A stretch of DNA of 64,000 bases from assembly GCF_036588685.1 (NCBI RefSeq), contig NC_086374.1:31868001-31932000 (forward strand). The letters are read 5' to 3'. The DNA is from Mytilus trossulus. Its lineage: Eukaryota. Positions within the stretch are counted from its first letter, which is position 1. Each line of letters begins with the position of its first letter. The notes below the pieces were generated by a model. That model saw only the letters and a program-made list of their open reading frames with translations, searched no databases and was not told the DNA's origin. Below are positions 13,588 to 25,500 of this stretch, in pieces. The position numbers and the translations under genes were made by a program.

Positions 13588-16500
13588 TTACTGAGGAGGT
13601 TGTGTAGGCTGGTGACCACCTGCCCCTGCCTGTAAGGCTGCGGCTTGTTGTAAGACCATCTGTGCCTGTGTAAACATTCCTTGCTGTCTGTAATACTCTG
13701 CCCATGCTTGACTGTAATCTGGCTGCCCAGTTTGTGGGTTGATGGCCGCTGGAAAAAAAACATTACATTCAAGTATTTTTGAACCAACTGATTATCTCTC
13801 AAAGTTTTGACAGACAATCTAGTGTATATTTTGGGGAATTTTCTAGTTGGTTTTAAATTAATCTACCCGTTATCCTATCTGAATTTAACTTAGTAACAGT
13901 GCATGCCAAATCGAGTACACAAATGATCAGAAATGATTTTGTTCATGGAAATAAAATGTAGAAATGGCTGTACCTGAGGCCAATCAACATGTTTAATCTA
14001 GAAATTATAATGATAAAATCAGAAGCAACAATAGCAAAAATCCCCAGAAAAGCCAAATAGAATCACCCCCGAAATCAATGCTACAACATATAAATAAAAT
14101 TGTTCTAAAAAACTAGCGTTCTAGAAAGTGAAGTCCTACTGTATTTGTGGTTCAATCAATCATAGCGAGAGAAAAAAAAATCAGTCTATTCATTTTAAAT
14201 TTTTTACAACATAAAGATAATTATTGAAAGTGAGGTTGTTCCACTAACAAGGTTGTTGAGAAGCTGGCTGCTGTGGCTGTTGAACAGGTTGCTGCTGCTG
14301 GGGTTGTTGTCCTGCAGGAAACTGTTGTCCACCATACTGAGCATACGGAGTCTGGTTGTAGAACTGGGCATAGTAAGCAGCCCATGCTGCAGCGTTATCT
14401 TGAGCCTGTTTACCTGTTACATATATTATTTATTTTAAAGCAATGCAATTTCCTCTTCTGATCGGTCGAAGGTCATAAGTACAACTACTAGTAAATTAAA
14501 GCTCAAGCAAATAAACAAAATTTCAAAAAAGGCTTACTTCTGAAGTATTTTTAATTTCTTGAACCATTATTTGTTGTATTTTCCCCCATCAAAATTTTTA
14601 GACTGATTCTTTTGGCTTATAATGTACTAGTACTTAAATGTAAATAGCAATAATGTACAGAATGTGTTAACACAGCTATAATTCTTTTTCAAACACGATA
14701 CTTTTTTTTCATGTGAAACTAAGGTCTATTAATTCTGAATCATGACCAAGACATCCAGAAAAGCAACAAGACTTTTCTTCACACCTTTGGGATTTGATTA
14801 GACTCAATTGTGAATTTTCATGTCCTTAATTTGGCATATATCTTAGAAAGTTCACACCATAATAAACATGTATACGTAGTTAAAAAGCTGATGCCACCAC
14901 AATTTGATGGTTAACCATCTGAAACCAAAACTATAACCTGACCCAACATGAGATTGACCAAGGGACAAAGCAGACCAGAAAGTAAAATAGACAATTTTCA
15001 TTACCCCCCCCTCTAAATTGCAAATTTTAAATCGTGTTTAACATTGGGATAAGGTAGTTTTCCATGAAATTTGGTACATTGATGTTCATGTTCAGTAATG
15101 ACTTCCCTATCATACTTCTTAACAAGTTCAGACTAAAATAAATGTTATTTAAAGGGCATAGACATTGCCTATCATACTTCTTGACAAGTTCAGACTAAAA
15201 TAAATGTTATTTAAAGGGCATAGACATTGGCTATCATACTTGAATGCTATTTGACCTTGTTGTTATATCTCAAACCTACAACAGCATTGGAATTACAAGT
15301 CATCCTAAATTCTACCTAGTTTCATACTTATTTTCAGTAGTTTCTATTAACTCACTCTGATTTGGATCTCCAGATGGTTGAGGTTGTGGCTGTTGATATC
15401 CAGGACCACCCTGAGGTCCTCCATAATTGTTACCACCACCACCCCATCCTCCTCCTCCGCCGCCACCACCACCACCACCACCGCCTCCTCCCCAGCCTCC
15501 TTGGCCACCCTGAGGTCCACCATACTGTTGAGGGGGTTGACCACTGTTAAAAGAAAAATGTAATTAAATTTTAACTTCTATAAAATTGAACACTGATAAT
15601 CTGTCACAGAATTTTACAAAAATCACCACAAAATGTATATATGGTTGTGATTGGTTGTGATTGTTTATATATTTTTCTGTAATAATTAACTTTTTGCAAT
15701 GAATTGAAAAGTTCATGCAGTCATGTCTCAAAGACCATCAAAGGTTTTATGAAATACATACTAATCTAACAAGGTGGTCAAGTATGTTAAAGCAGCACTT
15801 TGATAACTAGTTTCAAAGAATGGGTTATCATCAAATAGAAATTGTATAGAATGAAAGAGTAATTTGGACTTCATCATAAAATCCTTGTATTCTATATAGT
15901 GTTTTCACAAAAAATTCTCAACAAGGTAGTGTTTGTTCTAGTTATAAAGCAGGCTACCAATAAAATAAAATTATTCAATATCTTGTTTCCATATTTAGTT
16001 ATAATAAACATTTTTTATAGCACTATTCTACAGAACCAAGGTAGACACTTGTAGTGATAAACACAAAAGCGATTGTAAAAGTGTTCATCTCATTAATAAT
16101 TACTACTGATTCAAAACAAAATACCAAATTATTCCCTATTCAAAATTGAACTATAACTTACAGAAATTAGTTGATAAAATTCCAAACACACATCTCATAT
16201 GTATTGAAAATCACAGAACTGGTATCATGTGTTAATTTAATTATTATGAAATTATTTTTAACATCAATATCCATTGATTATTTTCAAGAGACATGTGTGT
16301 TACATTTCTAACAAATAAGTGTAATATTAATTTTTCACAACTTGAATTTAATTTCAAAACATTAAATCGACCCTATATCAAAGCTTTTCAACACTTTCAC
16401 TTTCTAAAAACCATAATTGAGCTCATAACAAGAAATGGAAAAATTTCTTTCTTTTTTTTTTCTTCACATGAGACTAATCCTTTCAGGACTTTTTCAAGCA

Positions 16501-19500
16501 ATGGTTAGTAAAAAGCTATAAAAATTAAAAGGTTCAGTGAAACACTTCAGCTCATATTCGTGTTCTTTTTCACCCATACATATTTTATAATGCAAATTTT
16601 AAAGACCAATTCTTCAAGTTGCCATTTAATCTATGTAAAATTACAATGTGTTAGTCAAAACATATCTAAAGAATAAAAAAACGTGATCAACTGAACAAGG
16701 ACTTACCCTGACTGACCATAATGGTCACCATAAGGACTATTTCCTCCATCATTTGGCCTGGCAAAAATTCCACAAAATTATGTTTCAGTAATGCCAAGAA
16801 AAAATCATTTTGGAGGTTTGCATTATTTTGACCATACATTTTTTTTATTTCTAAAAGTATAGGAATTCTTAAAACAGAATTCTGTGATTAAAATTTGGCA
16901 ATATCATGAACTGTCCAAAATAAATGAAAATTCCAAAAAGTTTTCCATCATTCATCTTCAATATAATTTTGTAAATTGCAGCAAATATAATGTTATCACA
17001 AAACTTTGGTTCAAGCTCATGCGACAGAAATAAATGTACATATTTCATTACAGAAACCAAACTTAATAGTATGCTTACCCAGGACCACCAAACTGGCCTT
17101 GATCTCCTGGACTTGGACCACCATTGCCACCAAACTGATCTCCATACCCTCCAGGACCACCGGGTCCACCCATACCACCATGGGGACCACCTGGACCAGG
17201 TCCTCCAGGACCACCACCCTGCAACAAACAAATATTTTACTCCTTATCTAGTTCAGAAATTAATTTATTTAAACAGTACTCACATTTAAATATACTATGG
17301 TTATCAGTCTCAGAAATATTTTGTCACAAATTCAGAATCCAGATCAGTCTTCTATATACTGCTGTTCAACAGTCTCAGCAAGTTTTTTCTCTCTCAAATT
17401 CAGAATCAATATATATCAGACTTAATGTATTCAAAATAATAGTATTTTTAGAATTTTTAGAACTATAGAAGTTATTACACTGACACTTCTATTTTTGCAG
17501 AAGAAAACTATTAAACAGATTAACAATTTTAACAATAGAACATACCACTGGAACTCCAGCTTTCTCTGCTATCATTTGAACAGCTTGTTGAACTTGTTGT
17601 GGGTTACCACGGACAACAAACACCTTCTCATTAGGATTTGGACCTGGGTTTCTCTGCAATTCAACATGGGCCCCTGACTGTTGATTGATCTGTCTGATTG
17701 TTTCTCCACCTAATAATATAATATATGTCAATCAGTAATAGTTTTTAAAACACAAATTTACTATCAGAAGTGATGGGACCTATAGGAATCATGAAGGCCA
17801 GTTGCTCCTATATACCTTTCATCTTGACCACTTAGAAAAAACTTCTCGGGTGTGAATCGCATAACTACCTAGATTAGTAGTTTTTTCTTAGTTTTTTTTC
17901 TTCAAAAATTGGTTTGTTCAAAACATGACTACTGATTAAAAATCCATTTGACAATTAAATTTCTTAATCAATGATATTGAAAGATTTAGCTGAAATTATT
18001 TGTAATTTTAAGTTATTTATTTCATATTGACTGTAAATTACATTTTTCTTAAATTGCTGAAAAGTTTTAAATTTTGCAATAAAAGGAAAGAGAGGAATTT
18101 TTTAAGTGCCATTAAAATAATGATGTTGCATGTATTTAAAAATTAAGCAAATGTATCAAAAAGTCCTACCTTTTCCAATAACCAAGCCACATTTGTCAGC
18201 TGGCACAGGGAAGAAGTTTTCATCATTAAAACCTCCCATGCCTCCACCACCACCACCACCACCTCCTCTTCCTCCTCCACGGCCACCACCTGGCCCATAT
18301 CCACCTCTTCCCCCTCCAGGTCCCCCTCTTCCACGACCAAAACCTCTACCCATTCCACCTTGAAATGGGAAATCACCATCCTAAAAGAGAGATAAGAAAT
18401 TTAACACATGCCATAAGATCTGTAAAAACACTTCTTGAATATCATAATTTCTATTAATCCTGGCATCATTTTATCTTATAGGTGTATAAATAAAACTTCA
18501 GCAATATCTGTATGGTATGTATATATAATTGTATTGTCTTATTGTATCCTGCTACTATTGAAAAGAGATTGTGACTATCAGATTGATGTTTGTCAGATTT
18601 CATTTCGAGTTCTTTGAAACTTTCATCTTCAGCCATGTTTATTTCTTGATCAACTGGGAATTTTATCATATACAACTTGAATAATTCTTGTAACATCGAA
18701 ACAAGTAAATCAGCTGATTGCAAGATTTCCTGGTTCAATGCGTTAGTTTCTGTCTAAGGAGTTGAGACGTATAAATTTTGAAAGTCAAAAACTTGAAAGA
18801 CTGATGTTACTTTTAACCTATTCTAAACTACACAGGGTGCATATATTTTATTTGGTAAACATTTTATGTCATTGTTAAAGTAAGTAAATAAGATGGCTGC
18901 CAAGATGAATTTATGATTCTTGTTAATTACCAAAGTACTTGATCTAGCTTATACATATATTTTGTATAATGGTGATACTGACCTCGTCTGGTAACAACCT
19001 CTGGATCATCTGGATAGCAGCTTGTACTTTATCTGATGCACCACTGATAGTACATACTCGGTTATCAGTTCTACCATCATCTACAAACAGTCACTTTTTA
19101 TTATCTGATTATCAATTACTACTTTATATTTTAACTATATTGTATTCAAGAGAAACTTTAGTTATTTAAAAGTTCATCGCTGGATGGATACTGAAAATTT
19201 GGGAAACATTTTACACATTCTGATAAAATGTGCAGTTTTGTAATATGATTACAAGCATAAATGTGCAAGATGGTGTGTTGATCATTAACTATAATACAAG
19301 AGAAACACAACTGCACATATACAACCTTCAAAATATTGTTTGAACCATTCATTGCTATTATAAATCATGTAAGATGATTGATAGTTACTTAGAAATTCTT
19401 AATCTTAATTAAATGCAGATGAACAAAAGGCAAACATTTATTTTTTCTTAATTTTTCTTTCATAATTCATATTTCTATTTATCCTAAAATATGGGCAGGT

Positions 19501-22500
19501 TTCAAACACTTCACTCAGTCAAATAAAATTGGTTACCTCGGTATTATATTTCCAAATCATATCATCCTTGCTAAACATTTCTTAGTCTGCAATGCCTGTT
19601 TATGAATCATAGCAAAATAAAAGTCTCAGATTAGAATTCTCTTTCTGCATTATATCTACTTTTTCACTCCTTAATTTCTACAAACCTGGTTTAAACTGAA
19701 CCTTAGCACCAGTCTCTGATTGGATTTTCTTGATCATATCTCCATTCTTTCCAATTACAATTCCAACTGCACTTCTTGGAACTTGAATCTACAGAGAAAA
19801 AAAATCACATATTTATATACTTAAGAAGTGAATTATTTTGAGCTTTCTACATGTCTAATAATTCATAAAATATATCATTCCTTCCTTGCACATGTTTCTG
19901 AGAACAAACTGATATTCAAGGGTATTTTCTTACAAGTTCATACTTCAGAACTGGTCCAAAATAACTTCAAACACAATTTTTTATTAACTAATATCAAGTC
20001 TCAATAACAAATGATTTTTAGCAATCTTAAAGAGTACATTTCAAAATGCTGGCTGGTATATATCTTTAGTGTGTGGTTTATGAACTAGTCCAGATTTTTT
20101 GGGATACATTTATTTCATTTTTCAACTAATTTTTGATACCCAGTATTCAATAAGAATTGTCCAGAACTGTTGTTTCAGTTTTTTTCTGCTTTCTTTCGCA
20201 TGTTTAACTATATCTGAAGATCAAGACCTTTTTTCTCTGAATATGAGTTGCAAGCTGTATAAAAGATTACAGCATTTTTCTTTATTATTAAGTTTGTCTA
20301 CTATCAAAATGGAGGATAAAACTTTGTAACTTACCTCTGACCCGCTGGAATTTTGACCACCAAAGTTGCCATATCCACCTCCCATAGACTGAAAATATAT
20401 ATAATCAATTAGTGTCATACACATCAAATATATACATGCAAGTAAGTTGTTTAATGTAACTATTTTTCAAACCCCTAATGAGGGATCTACTTTTGTTAAG
20501 ACTAGGCAATGCTAACCTTCATACTAAAATAATCCTGTAGTAAAAATTTAATGTAGATATAATCATATTAGAAACAAGTGTTGTAAGGTCTACTATCAAA
20601 CCCCATTCACAGAATGTATACACATCCTTATGGTGTTAGCGATATCTTACATTAATGTAGCACATGACGACACCCATTTGACAGAACAATGGTCACATGG
20701 GCTCTAATTATGTGCATTTTGCTTCAATATTTATCAGTAGATTCAATAAGTCAACTTAAGTAAACATCACAGACTAAAGTTATTAATCTCTTATTAGAGT
20801 CCTTTGAATAGCAATGCAGAAAACTCAATGGTGAGGTTTTAAAAGCACGACTGAAATATTCATTAGTTATAGCACTAAACCAATTGAAGCTTGTCACCAG
20901 CCTCCTGTACACTCCTCAAACAATTACTTAAATGATGAATTTAGTTAAAAATCTTACAAGTTTGAAAATTAGCTGCACAAAATCTTACAAGTTTGAAAAT
21001 TAGCTGCACACCATGACTTTTAATTGAACCCATTCTAGATCCAAAGAGTGAAAAAAAACCAAAAAAACCAGAGATTGGCATAAAATTGATGACTTACAAT
21101 CATAGACCTTCAAAACTGATCATAAGTATTGCCTATTAATTTTAATTTTTCCACAAGAGTTAATGACAAGTGTTATGTTTGTTGTAAGGTCTACTATCAA
21201 ACCCCATTCACAGAATGTATACACATCCTTATGGTGTTAGCGATATCTTACATTGATGTAGCACATGACGACACCCATTTGACAGAACAATGGTCACATG
21301 GGCTCTAATTATGTGCATTTGGGTCATTATATCTTTGGTTAACAGATAAGTAGATTTTTAAAATAAGACAACTAAAGTATCCATCACACACCTATATTTT
21401 TTTGTGAATGATATGCCACTCATCACATCAACCAAGGACTGTTACTCCTGAATGACGGTGAAAATCATTTTCATTAACCCCGACTTCCATTTCTTCATTA
21501 GCATCAAAATAGAAAGCCAAGGTTTGAAAAGCATCATTAAAACTATCTGACTATTCACAAATTATTGCACAGAAACAATTGGAGCTAGCATTCTGTACAA
21601 ACCTCAAACATTAACTGGAATCCTCAAATTTAGAGATTTTGGTTCCAAGGTTTTTTCTTGGCAAATTGTGTGAACGACTCTTGAGTGAGACCATTCTAGA
21701 TCCTAAGTGTTAACTTGCTATCTTAGACAGTTAAGACTTTTAAAACTTAATTCACCATAGCTGAAAAGTTTTACCTTTTTATTTTAATTTTTCCAAAGAG
21801 TTTTATGGCCAGTGTTTAATTGTTGTAAGGTCTACTATCAAACCCCATTCACAGAATGTATACACATCCTTATGGTGTTAACAATATCTTACATTGATGT
21901 AGCACATGACGACACCCATTTGACAGAACAATGGCCACATGGGCTCTAATTATGTGCATTTGGCTTTCATTATAACTGTTGTTATCTGTTGATTCAATAT
22001 TAAAGAAACTAATGTTATCATCACTGATGGCAACTTTAGTTATAAATCTGTCAACTAGAATAAAAAATTTTACACTGAAAACTGTCTATTTGTACTGCAC
22101 CTCCATTTCCTTTTTTCATCAATGACAAACTAACAGAAGCTTAAAGAATTGGTTAAACAGTGAGCTTGTTGCACAGAAATAACAGAAATGCCACTTTCAA
22201 GTCAATCAAGGACCATAATTTACTCCTGAACAACATTGAAAATAAGTATTAAACTTGACCTCCATTTTGTCAATTGCAACAACATAGTGAGGTTTGAAAA
22301 GCATCATGAAAATATTCATAAGTTAGCACAGAAGAAATTAGAGCTAGCAGTCTCTGCAAAACAATAAATGGGTTTGTCTTGACAGCAAGATTTTTGGTCG
22401 GACATTTTGTCAGTCAGACAGAGTTTGGGATACACTGAGCTAGCCACCAGCCTCCTATACAATCCTCAAACAATAACTGGATTAATACTTAAATTAATTT

Positions 22501-25500
22501 TGTCAAAAATCCTGTTCCCTGGAAATTTCCTGCAAGCATCCTAGAGTGAAACAAGAAAGTGTCCATAGTACACAGATGCGCCATCCGCACTCAAGTTTTC
22601 TATGTTCAGTTGACTGTGAAAATGGGGGAATATCTCTCATTTGGCATTGGAATCAGAAAGATCATATCATAAGGAACATGTGTACTAAGTTTCAAATTAA
22701 TTGAACTTAAACTTCATCAAAAACAACCTCAATCAAAAACTTTAACCCTATGCAGGACAGACGGACAGACTCTGACCAGAAAACATAATGCCCATAAATG
22801 GAGCGTGAAAAACACCAGGGCATCCAATACAAGTGTTGAATTGCCATTTTAGACCTTCAAAACTTATCCCATCATAGCTGATCATAAGTATTGCCTATTA
22901 ATTTTAATTTTTCCACAAGAGTTAATGACAAGTGTTATGTTTGTTGTAAGGTCTACTATCAAACCACATTCACAGAATGTATACACATCCTTATGGTGTT
23001 AACAATATCTTACATTGATGTAGCACATGACGACACCCATTTGACAGAACAATGGTCACATGGGCTCTAATTATGTGCATTTCTGCCAATGCATATTCAA
23101 ATCATTTGCAGTATCTTGGTAGTTTTGGCTCTTTACACTTTAAATACTTAAGAATATTCAAGCAGGATTTTTTTTTAATAATTCCTGGGTTTAAAGCTTC
23201 TTATGCAATTCTCAATAAATAATGACAATAAAACATTTTGTATTTCAGTAAATATTTCAAATAAGAAAGTTTGAGATTCTTCTTCAAATCACTTTTACAA
23301 GTATGGTAATAGACTGTACCATCACTTTTTCAAGTATGGTAACAGACTGTACAACTATAATACTTCAATTTATTTTAAGGACTTCCTTTTTTTCCTGGGT
23401 CATAACATTTTCCAAGGAGGATCCCCAAAAGTTTATCTTTAAGGAAGTAGAAAAAATCACTCTAAGCTCATCTCAGTCAAAGGGGGGCATAAGTCTGATA
23501 TTTATTTCTATTATTAAAAAAAAATTCTACTTAATATACATGTGCATCTTTTAAGTTTTTAAACTGTTTTTGGATAGTGTTGTAAGGTCTACTATCAAAC
23601 CCCATTCACAGAATGAATACACATCCTTATGGTGTTAGCGATATCTTACATTGATGTAGCACATGACGACACCCATTTGACAGAACAATGGTCACATGGG
23701 CTCTAATTATGTGCATTTTCTGTTGATTTTTTAAGTTTAAGGTGCAACATGACTATTAAGAAATATTGAATTAATGGGATGCAATTATCTTAAATGGTCC
23801 ATTTCTATTTTTTAAGGTACAGGAATATTAGCTCTCAAATTTTTCGCCCCAAAATTTACGATATTGCAGTCCACAAGAAATTGAGATATGATCATTGATC
23901 CTTGGAGTTAAAAAAAAATCTCATCATAATCAAATGTAAGTTTTGTCTTTAAATTGAAACAACTTAATGTGGAGATGAAGCTAAAATTCAATCAATTTTG
24001 TTTCTAAAGAAAATTTAGAGGCACAACTGACTTACCAATGGTCCTTTAGATACATGTGTGTGTGAGTGGGGTGGGTGGGGGGAGGGGGACATTTATTTTT
24101 TCTTAAAAAATATTAGTCTTTAAATACATTTGCCTCCTTAATTTTAGTTGTTTTTTGATAAAGTGTTGTAAGGTCTACTATCAAACCCCATTCACAGAAT
24201 GTATACACATCCTTATGGTGTTAGCGATATCTTACATTAATGTAGCACATGACGACACCCATTTGACAGAACAATGGCCACATGGGCTCTAATTATGTGC
24301 ATTTTGCTTCAATATTTATCAGTAGATTCAATAAGTCAACTTAAGTAAACATCACAGACTAAAGTTATTAATCTCTTATTAGAGTCCTTTGAATAGCAAT
24401 GCAGAAAACTCAATGGTGAGGTTTTAAAAGCATGACTGAAATATTCATTAGTTATAGCACTAAACCAATTGAAGCTCGTCACCAGCCTCCTGTACACTCC
24501 TCAAACAATTACTTAAATGATGAATTTAGTTAAAAATCTTACAAGTTTGAAAATTAGCTGCACGCCATGACTTTTAATGGAACCCATTCTAGATCCAAAG
24601 AGTGAAAAAAACAAAAAAACAAACAGAGATTGGCATAAAATTGATGACTTACAATCATAGACCTTCAAAACTGATGATAAGTATTGCCCGTTTATTTTAA
24701 TTTTTCCACAAGAGTTAATGACAAGTGTTATGTTTGTTGTAAGGTCTACTATCAAACCCCATTCACAGAATGTATACACATCCTTATGGTGTTAGCGATA
24801 TCTTACATTAATGTAGCACATGACGACACCCATTTGACAGAACAATGGTCACATGGGCTCTAATTATGTGCATTGTCAACAATCAAAACCATCTAAGTAA
24901 CCAGTGGGAGCCATAGTTATTACCTGCTACCTGCATTATTTTTTCATACAAAATGTGATGGGTTTTTTCATGATATATTATATGTACAATATCTCTGACT
25001 TTAACACACTGTATTATGTTAATCTTGAACTTGCTAAGGAATCTAATGATTTAGAGAGGTTTACAGTTGTTTTAAATGTATATACTTACTTCCATTTCCT
25101 TCTCTGCTAATAAATCCATGACCATTTCTTTTGCTCTCTACAAATGAAAAAGAGAACACTTAAGCATTGACAAATTAATAATATAATGCTTTGTTGAGTG
25201 CAGCCTGAAGCAACCACAGAGATCGTACCCTGAACAGTTGGTGCAAATTTGGACACCTAAATATATACAACTGCAAAAATTTTGAAAGGATTAGAATCAT
25301 GTTCGGTACTTGTCATCTAAATCCCATCACAATTATCAATTTCAACATTTCCTAGACATTTTATTATCATAAATGTTTGTCTGTTCACTTTACATAAATT
25401 TACACTAATAATCTTTATATTTTCATCACTTTGAGCTAATTATTAACACCCTTTTTATGATTAGAGTTTCTTGATTTTAAAATTCCAATAGGGAACATAC

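Noticed and set aside
15347-18379. Poly-His, poly-Pro and poly-Val ORFs in the ORF track
   Set aside because: Alternative-frame or antisense readings of Gly-rich FUBP exons.
20660-20712. 5' pocket targeting LSU CGUCA-U-CUAAUUA
   Set aside because: Needs a U-U mismatch and leaves GAG unpaired at the pocket top; I know of no conserved Psi there. Left unresolved.
24513-24779. 88-aa ORF overlapping snoRNA copy 7, or the units as mutually exclusive coding exons
   Set aside because: The units lack flanking splice signals at their conserved boundaries, and conservation tracks RNA structure rather than codons.
20576-24872. CRISPR-like array of repeats and spacers
   Set aside because: Eukaryotic intron; 138-nt repeats with spacers of about 430-980 nt that are partly homologous to each other; no cas genes. 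The H/ACA fold explains the repeats.
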